In this document: one piece after another, positions 1 through 8,551 of the stretch
Numbering within the stretch: the stretch's first letter is position 1
Layout of the letters: every line of letters begins with the position of its first letter
Assembly: GCA_964244895.1 (NCBI GenBank)
Contig: CAXTKV010000039.1
Span: 1-18,342, forward strand
Direction: 5' to 3'
DNA length: 18,342 bases
Source: an uncultured Deinococcales bacterium
GTDB taxonomy: Bacteria > Deinococcota > Deinococci > Deinococcales > JAAFIG01
Program-made: the position numbers and the translations under genes
The notes under the pieces: generated by a model
What the model was told of the DNA's origin: nothing
What the model saw: the letters and a program-made list of their open reading frames with translations, nothing else
Database searches by the model: none

Positions 1-268
1 TCAGGTCGTGCAGCAGCGGATACCAGTGTGTCAACTCGCTGGCGAGCAGATACTGTTCGGGCGAGTGAATCAGTTGCACGCCGTCGGCGAGCAGTTGGTC
101 GTACAGTTCGGCGTAGTTCGTGGCCGCACCGAAACGGGCAATTGCCAAAATCGAATCTTGGCGAATGTACGGTCTACGGCAGGCGAAGTACGTCTCAAAC
201 GGGAAATCGTAAACGGGCAGATCAATTCGCGCCTCGGCCAACCAGACGCTTTCCTCTAGCCAGAACAC
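1..268 (-). CDS. Partial (5' part) putative ATP-grasp domain protein (DUF4343/R2K-like); runs off the left edge
   Basis: Not in the ORF track because it has no stop in the window. Hand translation of the minus strand from GTG at 268 gives VFWLEESVWLAEARIDLPVYDFPFETYFACRRPYIRQDSILAIARFGAATNYAELYDQLLADGVQLIHSPEQYLLASELTHWYPLLHDL. The YxxLYxxLxxxGxxLIxSPEQY...LxxWYPxL segment resembles the N-terminal part of DUF4343/R2K ATP-grasp proteins. It is co-oriented with tkt and starts 43 nt after it. Start codon uncertain. Confidence 0.6.
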   Translation of the reverse strand, partial: MFWLEESVWLAEARIDLPVYDFPFETYFACRRPYIRQDSILAIARFGAATNYAELYDQLLADGVQLIHSPEQYLLASELTHWYPLLHDL

Positions 269-311
269 ATCGAGTTGATCTACGGAAATGGTCCAACCTC
301 GAGAGCCGATG

Positions 312-2300
312 TTACGACCTCCCCAATACCTCGAGCGCGGTCTTGACGACGTTTTCGACCGTGAAGCCGTACTCCTTGAAGACGACCGGATCGGGGGCGC
401 TCGCGCCGAATTTGTTGACGGTCACGGTCTTGCCGTCCAGCCCGACCCAGCGTTCCCAGCCGAAGCTCGATGCGGCCTCGATGCCGACGCGGGCGCGCAC
501 GGCGTCGGGCAGCACGCTCTCGCGGTAGGCGGCGTCCTGGGCGGCGAAAATCTCGAAGCTGGGCAGGCTGACGGCTCGAGCCTTGATGCCCTGTTTCTCG
601 AGTTCGGTTTTTGCGCCGACGGCGAGCTGGACTTCACTGCCCGTGCCGATCAGGATGATTTCGGGCGTGCCCTCGCAATCGGAGATCACGTAGCCGCCCC
701 GGCTCGCGCCCTCCCAGTTGACGGGCAGCACGGGTACGTCCTGGCGGGTGAACACCAGCGCAGTCGGGCCGTCGGTGCGTTCCAGCGCGAGCTTCCAGGC
801 GACGTTGGATTCGTTCGCGTCGGCGGGACGGATGACGTGCAGGTGCGGAATGGCGCGCAGTCCGGCCAGGTGCTCGACCGGTTGGTGGGTCGGGCCGTCC
901 GTGCCGACGCCGATGCTGTCGTGGGTGTACAGAAAAATCGTGGGGATGCCCATCAGCGCGGCCAGGCGCACGGAATTCTTCATGTAGTCGCTGAAGGTGA
1001 AAAACGTGGCGACGTAGGGGCGCAAGCCGGACAGGGTCATGCCGTTGCCGATGGCGGCCATGGCGTGTTCGCGCACGCCGAAGTTGATGTTGCGTTCGCC
1101 CATCGCGCCCTTGGCCATCGCGCCGGAGCCCTTGAAGTGCGTCATGTTGGAGCTGGAGAGGTCCGCGCTGCCGCCGAGCAACTCGGGCACGCGCGGCGCG
1201 ATCGCGTTGATGATCGCCTGAGACGCGTTGCGCGTGCGGACGGGCTTGGCGGGGTCGAAGATCGGGAATTCGTCGCGCGAAAGCGCGGGGATCATCTTCG
1301 AGAAAATGCCCGTGAGTTCGATCCCGAGCGCATTCTCGGCCATCTGGTAGGCCGCGAACTTCTCGTTCCATTCGGCCTCGAGACTCGCGCCCTTCGCACC
1401 GGCATCGGCCCAGGCTTTCAGGCCGTCCGGCGGCGACCAGAAGGGCGTCAGGTCGTCCCAACCGAAACCCTTCTTGGCGGCGATCACATCGTCTGGGCTG
1501 GGGGCTTTGCCGTGAACGTCGGCGGTGCCTTGCTTCGGCAGCCCATAGCCGATGGTCGTGTGGACGCGGATCAGCGTGGGCTTGGCGGTCTCGGCCTGGC
1601 CTGCGCGGATGGCGGCTTCCAGACCGTCCAGGTCGGTGTCGCCATCGTTGATCTCGAGCACCTGCCAGCCGTAAGCGGTGAAGCGCTCGGTGATGTTCTC
1701 GCTGAAGGCCCACGAGGTCGGGCCGTCGAGTTGGATGTGGTTGTCGTCGTAGAGCACGATCAGTTTGCCCAGCCCGAGGTGACCCGCCAGCGATGCGGCC
1801 TCGTGGGAAATACCTTCTTGCAGGTCGCCATCGGAGCAGATGCCGTAGGTGTGGTGGTTGACGACCTCCAGACCGGGTTTGTTGTAGCGCGCGGCGATGT
1901 GCGCTTCGCTGATCGCCATGCCGACCGCGTTGGCGAAGCCCTGCCCGAGCGGGCCGGTGGTGGTTTCCACTCCGGGCGTGTGACCGTACTCCGGGTGGCC
2001 TGGGGTTCTCGAGCCCCAGGAGCGGAAGCCTTTGAGGTCTTCGATGCCGAGGTCGTAACCCGTCAGGTGCAACGCGCCGTACAGCACCATGCTGGCGTGA
2101 CCGGCGCTCAGCACGAAACGGTCGCGGTTGGGCCATTTCGGGTTTTTCGGGTTGTAGCGCATGATCCGCGTCCACATCACGTAGGCCATCGGAGCCATGC
2201 CGCCAGGGCCGCCGGGGTGGCCCTCCTTGGCGTTGGCGACGGCGTCGTAAGCGAGGGCGCGAAGCGTGTTGATGGCCAGGAAATCCGTTGGGCTGCTCAT
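312..2300 (-). CDS. tkt: Transketolase
   Basis: 662 aa. Motifs [44 protein letters not shown]-binding SDGDLQEG...[34 protein letters not shown]. Confidence 0.98.
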   Translation of the reverse strand: MSSPTDFLAINTLRALAYDAVANAKEGHPGGPGGMAPMAYVMWTRIMRYNPKNPKWPNRDRFVLSAGHASMVLYGALHLTGYDLGIEDLKGFRSWGSRTPGHPEYGHTPGVETTTGPLGQGFANAVGMAISEAHIAARYNKPGLEVVNHHTYGICSDGDLQEGISHEAASLAGHLGLGKLIVLYDDNHIQLDGPTSWAFSENITERFTAYGWQVLEINDGDTDLDGLEAAIRAGQAETAKPTLIRVHTTIGYGLPKQGTADVHGKAPSPDDVIAAKKGFGWDDLTPFWSPPDGLKAWADAGAKGASLEAEWNEKFAAYQMAENALGIELTGIFSKMIPALSRDEFPIFDPAKPVRTRNASQAIINAIAPRVPELLGGSADLSSSNMTHFKGSGAMAKGAMGERNINFGVREHAMAAIGNGMTLSGLRPYVATFFTFSDYMKNSVRLAALMGIPTIFLYTHDSIGVGTDGPTHQPVEHLAGLRAIPHLHVIRPADANESNVAWKLALERTDGPTALVFTRQDVPVLPVNWEGASRGGYVISDCEGTPEIILIGTGSEVQLAVGAKTELEKQGIKARAVSLPSFEIFAAQDAAYRESVLPDAVRARVGIEAASSFGWERWVGLDGKTVTVNKFGASAPDPVVFKEYGFTVENVVKTALEVLGRS

Positions 2301-2306
2301 GAGGGC

Positions 2307-2312
2307 ATTCTA
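2307..2312 (-). promoter_or_regulatory. -10 box (TAGAAT) of a leaderless tkt transcript
   Basis: Minus strand reads TAGAAT-gccctc-ATG, with no Shine-Dalgarno sequence. Confidence 0.75.
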
Positions 2313-2395
2313 TCGCCGCGCCGATGAGCGTGCGTTCGAGCCGGATCGCATCCGCGTCGCGGAGCAAACGATGCGTTGATCGGCACGAATTTTGG

Positions 2396-2452
2396 GAACA
2401 CCGTCCCTAACGCAAAATGCTGGTCAGTCAATATGCCGTCCCTGACGGTGTT
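2396..2452. repeat. Paired-palindrome intergenic element, copy 1 (35-bp spacing)
   Basis: GAACACCGT-CCCTA-ACGcaaaat ... atatgCCGT-CCCTG-ACGGTGTT; centres 2407 and 2442. Confidence 0.8.
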
Positions 2453-2615
2453 GTTTGTGGTCGGACAAAACAGTCCGTGTGAGCGCTGAAAGGACGCTTC
2501 GGGCGCGATGCGACTTCGCGGGGATCGCCCAGAATTCACTCTGGGTTCATGCCGACGCCTCACACTCCGTGAGGCTCGGCGATCGCAACGATCTCGAGAC
2601 CATCAAGGAGGAAAC

Positions 2616-2942
2616 ATGAAACTTTCTCGCGCTCTGATCGGTTCGGTTCTCACGCTCGGTTTGATCGGCGCAACGTTCGCGCAGACCACCCCACCCGCAC
2701 CGACGCCACCAGCAGCCACCCCGCCCGCCACCATGGCGCCCGCCACCTGCTCGGTGAGTGCCGTCAACGTCAACACGGGCACGCTGGCTGACCTGGAAAA
2801 AATTCCGGGATTGGGCGCGAAGCTCTCAGCCGCGATCATCGCGGCGCGACCCTTCAAGGACGAAGCCGAACTAGTCAAGAAGGTCAAGGGCATCGGAACG
2901 AAAAACGTCGTCAAGTTTCGCCCGTGCTTCTTGTACAAGTAA
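2616..2942 (+). CDS. Secreted helix-hairpin-helix (ComEA-like) DNA-binding protein
   Basis: AAGGAGG RBS at 2605-2611, then ATG 2616 (108 aa). Signal peptide MKLSRALIGSVLTLGLIGATFA, Pro/Ala/Thr linker, and HhH domain VNVNTGTLADLEKIPGLGAKLSAAIIAARPFKDEAELVKKVKGIG. Confidence 0.85.
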   Translation: MKLSRALIGSVLTLGLIGATFAQTTPPAPTPPAATPPATMAPATCSVSAVNVNTGTLADLEKIPGLGAKLSAAIIAARPFKDEAELVKKVKGIGTKNVVKFRPCFLYK

Positions 2943-2954
2943 GTCCAATCCACG

Positions 2955-2991
2955 AACGCCCCGCGCTCGAGACTCGAGCGCGGGGCGTTTT
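2955..2991 (+). terminator. Intrinsic terminator-like hairpin between convergent genes
   Basis: Perfect 17-bp inverted repeat AACGCCCCGCGCTCGAG-a-CTCGAGCGCGGGGCGTT running into TTTT, 12 nt after the HhH gene stop. Confidence 0.8.
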
Positions 2992-3030
2992 GCTGCGATG
3001 ACCTCGAGCGATGGATCGAGAATTGAGAAG

Positions 3031-3387
3031 TCACTTTTTGGTTTTAGACGGTACTTTCGGGCGTTTTGCGCGCCGCGCAGCCTCGAGCGCAGCCGTCGCC
3101 CACGGCTCGAAACGCTCCCAGTCTTCCAGGCAATCCGGGGCGCGACGGTAACTCATTTCCACGCGTCTGTCCCCGGCTTCGTAGCTGAAGGCTTCCAGGT
3201 CGTCTCGCACGAAATCCGGTTTGTTGAGGGCGTCCACCTTGAGGTACAGCACCTCAGCGACGACCAATCCGAAGGTCAGCCCGTCAATCGAGACGTTCCA
3301 ACCGCCGAACATGGCCTTGGCGCGCACCGGGCCGAGCGGGTTCAGGCTCTCGAGGACGAACTCCACGAACGGGCTGGTTTTCGGCAT
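3031..3387 (-). CDS. TfoX/Sxy N-terminal domain protein
   Basis: 118 aa. FVEFVLESLNPLGPVRAKAMFGG...FGLV...LYLKVD...F.Y...MSY pattern typical of stand-alone TfoX_N proteins. Confidence 0.9.
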   Translation of the reverse strand: MPKTSPFVEFVLESLNPLGPVRAKAMFGGWNVSIDGLTFGLVVAEVLYLKVDALNKPDFVRDDLEAFSYEAGDRRVEMSYRRAPDCLEDWERFEPWATAALEAARRAKRPKVPSKTKK

Positions 3388-3393
3388 GGGCGG

Positions 3394-3399
3394 ATTCTA
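3394..3399 (-). promoter_or_regulatory. -10 box (TAGAAT) of a leaderless TfoX-N transcript
   Basis: Minus strand reads TAGAAT-ccgccc-ATG. Confidence 0.75.
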
Positions 3400-3450
3400 C
3401 TGGCCTGAACTGCGCGAGCCACGGACGCGTGCAACTCGAGATCGCGCACC

Positions 3451-3500
3451 AGAGCACCATCCAGCACGCAAATAAAGAACACCGCCCAGGACGGTGTTCT
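3451..3500. repeat. Paired-palindrome intergenic element, copy 2 (25-bp spacing)
   Basis: AGAGCACCAT-CCAGC-ACGcaaat ... AGAACACCGc-CCAGG-ACGGTGTTCT; centres 3463 and 3488. Confidence 0.85.
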
Positions 3501-3529
3501 CGAGAGTTGAACAGTTAGAAATACGGCCT

Positions 3530-5125
3530 TCAGCGCTTAGCAACCAGTTGGCGCTCGAGTTCGTCGACGCCCGCGTCACCCTCCAGGGCGGGATCGCTGT
3601 AGGCGGGTGCGGAAATCTCGTGGTAGTCCAGACCCTCGATCTCCTGGTGCGGTTTGACGCGCATGCCGATGGTCGCGTCGATCAGCCGAAACATGATGTA
3701 GCTCGAGGCTCCGACCCAGACGATGTTGGCGACCACGCCGATCAGCTGCGCCAGAAACTGTCCGTAACCGCCGTACATCAGTCCCGTCACGCCGCCCGCG
3801 ATGCCGTTGAAGCCGTTGCCGTAGGTGCCGTCCGCCAGAATGCCGACGCTCAGCACACCCCAGATGCCGTTGACACCGTGGACGGCGATGGCACTGACCG
3901 GATCGTCGAGCTTGAGTTTGTGTTCGATGAAAACCGCGGCGGAGACGTACAGCAAGCCGGCCACCGCGCCCAGCACCACGGAAGCGGGCGCACCGATGAA
4001 GGCTCCGGACGCGGTCGTGGCAACCAGTCCGGCCAGCATGCCGTTGGCGGTGTGTCCCAGGTCGATCTTGCCCAGCAAGGCTGCGCTGAACAGTCCGGCG
4101 GACAGCATTCCGGCGGCGGACGTGACCATCGCGCTGACCGCGACCGTGACCAGTCGCAAATCCGTTCCGGCCAGCGTGGAACCGGCGTTGAAGCCGAACC
4201 AGCCGAAGGCCAGGATGAACACGCCGAGCATCGCCATCGGTTGGTTGTGGCCGGGGATCGATCTGACCGAGCCATCGCGCCCGTACTTGCCGATGCGCGG
4301 ACCCAAAACGATCACGCCCATCAAAGCCATCATGCCGCCCGTCAGGTGAACCACGCCGGAACCCGCGAAATCCACGTAGCCGTGACCGAGGCCAAAATTC
4401 TGGCCGAGCGTCGAGAGCCAGCCGCCACCCCAGGCCCAGCTCGCGAAGACCGGGTAGATCACCATCGAAGCGATGAACCCGTAGACCACGAAAGCGGACA
4501 GTTTCCAGCGTTCGGCCAGCGCGCCCGTCGGGATGGTCAAGGCGGTGTCCATGAAGACCAGGTGGAAGAAAAACAGCGCGAAGGTCGGCACGTCGTAGGC
4601 GTCACCGGACAACCCAAATCCCGAAAAACCCAGCAGCCCGAAAAATTTGTCACCGATGGTCACGCCCAGCATGTGCGAGAGGTTCGCACCGCCACCCAGG
4701 GTACTCGAGCCGCCGGAACCGCCCATCTGAAGGGCGAAACCGACCAGCAAGAAACCGATGATGCCGATGCCATAAATCAAGAAGTTCATGATCATCGTGT
4801 GCCCGGCGTTCTTGGCGCGCGTGAAACCCGTCTCTGCGAGCGCGAAACCGGCCTGCATGAACATCACCAGGAAGGCCGCGATCATCGTCCAGATGATGTT
4901 AATGGCAATTCTGCCCTGCCCCAACAGCGCCCCGAGTTCCGCCAGCGTCGGTTCGCCGGGCGTGGTGAGCTTCAAATCCTTGACAGTTCCGGTAGCCGTG
5001 CCGGACGGGTCGGTGGCGAAGGCCAGACCGCCGAAGACGGCGCCGACGATCAGCGCGGTCAGGATGCGAGCCTTGAGCGGGATTCCAGTTGCCCGAGCGG
5101 CGTTGGGCTCGAGGTTCGGCCTCAC
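3530..5125 (-). CDS. amt: Ammonium transporter (Amt family) with N-terminal extension
   Basis: 531 aa. FMQAGFALAETGFTRAKN, TGALAER, WAWGGGWL, DFAGSGVVH, GPRIGKY, FGWFGFNAGS, DDPVSAIAVHG (both pore His present), MRV...EIEGLD. AGGAG RBS; the GTG start overlaps the upstream TGA (GTGA at 5122-5125). Confidence 0.97.
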   Translation of the reverse strand: MRPNLEPNAARATGIPLKARILTALIVGAVFGGLAFATDPSGTATGTVKDLKLTTPGEPTLAELGALLGQGRIAINIIWTMIAAFLVMFMQAGFALAETGFTRAKNAGHTMIMNFLIYGIGIIGFLLVGFALQMGGSGGSSTLGGGANLSHMLGVTIGDKFFGLLGFSGFGLSGDAYDVPTFALFFFHLVFMDTALTIPTGALAERWKLSAFVVYGFIASMVIYPVFASWAWGGGWLSTLGQNFGLGHGYVDFAGSGVVHLTGGMMALMGVIVLGPRIGKYGRDGSVRSIPGHNQPMAMLGVFILAFGWFGFNAGSTLAGTDLRLVTVAVSAMVTSAAGMLSAGLFSAALLGKIDLGHTANGMLAGLVATTASGAFIGAPASVVLGAVAGLLYVSAAVFIEHKLKLDDPVSAIAVHGVNGIWGVLSVGILADGTYGNGFNGIAGGVTGLMYGGYGQFLAQLIGVVANIVWVGASSYIMFRLIDATIGMRVKPHQEIEGLDYHEISAPAYSDPALEGDAGVDELERQLVAKR

Positions 5126-6606
5126 GAGTTCTCCTGGTTGCGCCGCAGACGGCTGACCATCGATTTCAAGGACACGCGCATGCGCTCGAGCGAGTGCAGC
5201 AGATCGCCGATCTCGTCGTTGCTGGTCGGTTCAATCTGGCGATCCAGGTCGCCCAGGCTGATGCGGTTGGCCTGATCGGTCGCGGCCAGAATCGGGCGCA
5301 GCAACCGGGCGCTCAAGCCGGTGGCGAAGGCGGCAGCCAACCCGAGCGCCAGACCCATCACGATCAAAATCGGCGTCAGCACGCTCCAGAGTTCGTTCGA
5401 GACGACGCTGCCTTGAAGACCCACCAGCACGGAACCCAGGCGTTTACCGGATGCATCCTTGACCGGACTGATGGCCGCCACGAACTGACCGTTGCCGACC
5501 TGAACCATTCCACCCTGAGCCTCGAGCCGGGTTCGTTCGGTCGCCCAGACTGCTTCGAGTGCGCCGCGATCCACGTCCGCATCGGCGGCCTTGCCGAGAA
5601 TCGTGGTGTCGTCCTTGTCGACCACCATCACGAAGCTCGCCTCACCGTTGGCTCGAGCCTGCCACGCGATGCTATCGGCAGCCGCCATGTCGCCGGTGGA
5701 CATCGGGCGGTAAAGCGTGCTGGCGACGTTGGTGCTTAGGGTCGAAGCTTCGCCAGCCACCAGGCGCGTGATCTGGCGGGGCAGCGCCCACGACAGGTAA
5801 CTGACCAGCACCACCACGACCAGCACCAGCGGCACGATCAAGGTCAGCAAGGTCTGGGAGCGCACGCTCGAGCGGCGCGCTTTGCGGTCGCGGGCGCGCC
5901 GGGCCTGCGGTGGAAGGTCGTCTCGCATGACGGCGGCGGTGGCGCTCGCGCCGTAAGCCGCGAACGGATCTTCGGATGGGCCGAAGCTCGGTTGGGCCGA
6001 GGCGTCGATGGGCTCGAAGGCATCCGATCGAGCGGTCGGTGCGGCGAACGGGTCGCTACCAGCCAGGGTCGGCGGGGCGAACGGGTCTTCGTTCAGGTTG
6101 GTGGGCAAGGTCGGGGCGGCGAAGGGATCGGATTCGGGCGCATCCAGAAAGCCGCCTGCCGGGTGCGTCACCTGCGGCATCCCGAACGGATCCGCTTCTG
6201 GCGCGCGCCGTTCAGTCGGCGGGCTGCCGGGGCCGCGACCGAGCGGCGGGGCAAACGGGTCGGTCGCCGTTTCGACGGCGACCATCTGCGGTACGAACGC
6301 GGGCATGGGTGCGGGCGCATCGGCGTGATCTGACGCGATCTGATCGCTGGAATCGAAGACTTCCTCGATGGTCGGGTCGGGCGCGACGACTTCGACGGTC
6401 AAACCGGCGTTCCTGAGGATCGCGGCGACCCGATCGGCGTGCGGTGCGCTTCCGGCGCGCGCGATGCGCGAGCCCGCCTCTCGGGACATGAGTTGCTCGA
6501 GTTTCTCGGCGGAACCGCCGAGTTGAGCGGCGGCTTTGGCGGCGATACGACCTCGCTGGTCGGCGTCGAGGATCGGTTTGAGCAATCGGATGGTGTACTG
6601 CTTCAC
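5122..6606 (-). CDS. Membrane protein: N-terminal small alpha/beta domain, DPF-repeat linker, TM, extracytoplasmic sensor-like domain, TM, C-terminal HAMP, no output domain
   Basis: 494 aa. AGGAGG RBS at 6615-6620. Two hydrophobic helices (TLLTLIVPLVLVVVVLVSYLSWAL and VLTPILIVMGLALGLAAAFATGL). HAMP motif RPILAATDQANRISLGDLDRQIEPTSNDEIGDLLHSLERM, and the protein ends about 18 aa later. Confidence 0.88.
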   Translation of the reverse strand: MKQYTIRLLKPILDADQRGRIAAKAAAQLGGSAEKLEQLMSREAGSRIARAGSAPHADRVAAILRNAGLTVEVVAPDPTIEEVFDSSDQIASDHADAPAPMPAFVPQMVAVETATDPFAPPLGRGPGSPPTERRAPEADPFGMPQVTHPAGGFLDAPESDPFAAPTLPTNLNEDPFAPPTLAGSDPFAAPTARSDAFEPIDASAQPSFGPSEDPFAAYGASATAAVMRDDLPPQARRARDRKARRSSVRSQTLLTLIVPLVLVVVVLVSYLSWALPRQITRLVAGEASTLSTNVASTLYRPMSTGDMAAADSIAWQARANGEASFVMVVDKDDTTILGKAADADVDRGALEAVWATERTRLEAQGGMVQVGNGQFVAAISPVKDASGKRLGSVLVGLQGSVVSNELWSVLTPILIVMGLALGLAAAFATGLSARLLRPILAATDQANRISLGDLDRQIEPTSNDEIGDLLHSLERMRVSLKSMVSRLRRNQENS

Positions 6607-6701
6607 GGGTCTTGCCTCCTTTGTGCTGATCCTCGCGACTGCCTTGGCGGTCGTTGCCGTGCGGATCTGAACGGGTCTATTAAGGCTCCGGCTCGGACGG
6701 C

Positions 6702-7499
6702 CTAAATGCCGAATCGCGCCCTGATCTGCTTGAGCCGCTCGATGAAGCGGGTGCGGGCGGTCGGATCGTCGATCGCGTCCGCCAGCCCGCGCAAGAAGTT
6801 GCTGAACCCTTCCGGGCGCAGACTGCGGGTGTCGATGGAGAGGTTAGCGGCCACGTCGTCGAACAAGAATTCCGCCGCTGGTCCCAGAATTTCAGCGTAA
6901 ACCTGTCTGAGCGCGCCGACGAAGGCCGGATCGACCGAAGCGCGGCGGACGGGTTCGATCAGTTCGATCATCTTGCGCGCCAATAGGGAGCGGGCCACGG
7001 TCTGCAACTGATCGCTGTGCCAGCCGAGTTCCGCCCCGAGTTTCTCGAGGCTGACGCTCGGGTTAATGCGGGAAAGCAGCATCAGCTCCGCACCCTCGAG
7101 CACGAGTTGAACGTCGGCGGGTTGCGGCCTGACGCGGGCGGCCAGCGATACATCGACCGTGCTGCCCGGTTCCTGAACTGCGCCGTGGTCGATGGCCACC
7201 GCGATTGAAAGCGCCAGGGTCTCGAGGGATTCGGTGATGGTTTCCTTGTTGCTTTGCTCGTTGGCGCGGAAACTGAAGGTGCCTTCGCTCCAGGTGGTCA
7301 TGTGCGCCACGGCGCGCTCGCCGGTCAGATCACCGATTTCGGCGTGAATCACCTCGCCGCTGCGCAAATAAATCGAACCGGTACGGTTTGCGGATTGGAG
7401 CGCCAGCCTGCCGACCGCTCGGGTGCTCTTGAGGTAACTGAGCAGGCTGAAGAGTTGTTCTTTGCCGAGCGCACCGCCGAGGCTCTCTACAGAGGACAT
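6702..7499 (-). CDS. DUF4388 (PatA-N-like) domain protein with central wHTH-like and C-terminal helical domains
   Basis: 265 aa. N-terminal LGGAL...LFSLLSYL...VGRLAL...GSIYLRSGEVIHAE...GERAVAHMTTWSEGTFSF matches the DUF4388 pattern. C-terminal VDPAFV..LRQVYAEILGPAAEFLFDDV...LADAIDD..R..F. Confidence 0.85.
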   Translation of the reverse strand: MSSVESLGGALGKEQLFSLLSYLKSTRAVGRLALQSANRTGSIYLRSGEVIHAEIGDLTGERAVAHMTTWSEGTFSFRANEQSNKETITESLETLALSIAVAIDHGAVQEPGSTVDVSLAARVRPQPADVQLVLEGAELMLLSRINPSVSLEKLGAELGWHSDQLQTVARSLLARKMIELIEPVRRASVDPAFVGALRQVYAEILGPAAEFLFDDVAANLSIDTRSLRPEGFSNFLRGLADAIDDPTARTRFIERLKQIRARFGI

Positions 7500-8551
7500 A
7501 CGACCTCGAGTTGCGCTTCGCGCCAGACGGACAGGTGTTTATCGCGCACGGGAATCAAGAGCGGTCTGACGGCGGCGCTCGGGATGCTGAGTTTGCCCAG
7601 CACGCCGTGGTACGCCGCGCCGAGTGCCTCGAAGGCCGCCCCGTTCGGACGCAGAATGCTCAGTTTGCCGGAAGCGTAGCGCACGTCTTCCAGGAAGGGA
7701 TCGAGCTGCGGGTAGCGGTCGACCAGTTCCAGGCAAACGGCGCGCCAGGCGGCATCGAAGCTGCCCTTGCCGCGCGCGCTGTCGGTGCGGTATTCGGTGA
7801 ACTCGAGGACTTCGCGCCAGGCGGCGATCAGGTCTGCCGGGCGGGCTTGCGGATTCTGGGCGACCTGCGGCGCGGGCTCTGGTTGGGCGGCGGGCGCTGG
7901 TGCGGCGGCTACTTGCGAAGCGGTGGTCGGGTTTTCGCGTCCCAGCACGCGCAGCACGGCCTCCGGCCAGCGCGAGGCGATCTTCAGCATGTTGAGCGCG
8001 TCCAGTCCGAAGACGGGCGGCGCGTCCGGCGCGCTGAAGCTGATCAGGACTTTCAGGCCGTACTCGAGCAGCACGCTGCCCGTACCCCGGTCGGTCTGAA
8101 GTTCCAGTTCGCCGGTGTGCGCGTTGACCTCGAGTTCGTCCAGCCACTCGAGCAGCAAGGCCGGGCTGGCCTGTGCGGTGCGCAGCAGGTTCCAGTTTGT
8201 TGCACCGATCGAGAGTCGGGCCACGGCGGTCTCCAGGGCGTAGACGCTCAGTCGCGCGTCGGGCTCGCGCAGCAAATCCGACGCGCTCCCCGCGCCGAGC
8301 GCCCGGTGCCAGCCATCCGCCAGCAGGACGTGGCTGCCGACCGCCTGGGATTCGAGGTAATAGACCCGACCGAGCCGCTCACCGGTGACGATCTCGACCA
8401 CGCCGCAGAAGCCGCCCCGGTTGGTCAGGTCGTCCTCGAGCATCGTCCAGTCCACCACGTGGCTGGGCAGATCCCGGTAGATCACGCGGTCCGTCGGCAG
8501 GGGACGCCACTCGCGTACTGCCGGTTTCTGACGCAAGTTTGAGTCGTTCAA
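7487..8551 (-). CDS. Hypothetical protein with two divergent DUF4388-like repeats and a C-terminal helical domain
   Basis: 354 aa. GAGGA RBS 7 nt before TTG. Two similar segments: DWTMLEDDLTNRGGFCGVVEIVTGERLGRVYYLES and LLEWLDELEVNAHTGELELQTDRGTGSVLLEYG. Ala/Pro/Gln linker; 13-nt overlap with the next gene. Confidence 0.75.
   Translation of the reverse strand: MNDSNLRQKPAVREWRPLPTDRVIYRDLPSHVVDWTMLEDDLTNRGGFCGVVEIVTGERLGRVYYLESQAVGSHVLLADGWHRALGAGSASDLLREPDARLSVYALETAVARLSIGATNWNLLRTAQASPALLLEWLDELEVNAHTGELELQTDRGTGSVLLEYGLKVLISFSAPDAPPVFGLDALNMLKIASRWPEAVLRVLGRENPTTASQVAAAPAPAAQPEPAPQVAQNPQARPADLIAAWREVLEFTEYRTDSARGKGSFDAAWRAVCLELVDRYPQLDPFLEDVRYASGKLSILRPNGAAFEALGAAYHGVLGKLSIPSAAVRPLLIPVRDKHLSVWREAQLEVVCPL

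Noticed and set aside
880..925. Transketolase motif variant GTDGPTHQ instead of the usual GEDGPTHQ
   Set aside because: A single substitution with the catalytic Asp and His retained; not enough to infer altered function.
288..2367. Long alternative ORFs over tkt (288..2327 +, 634..2367 -)
   Set aside because: Shadow frames of a GC-rich gene; no motifs, and the transketolase frame is unambiguous.
2616..2942. PsbU or a full-length ComEA assignment for the HhH protein
   Set aside because: There is no photosynthetic context and no SLBB domain or comEC neighbour, so only the HhH fold is supported.
3494..5275. 593-aa plus-strand ORF, and similar antisense or alternate-frame ORFs at 7511..8542, 8379..10001, 9179..10525, 13947..14969 and 16350..17249
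   Set aside because: They overlap well-supported genes and have the low-information composition expected from GC3 bias.
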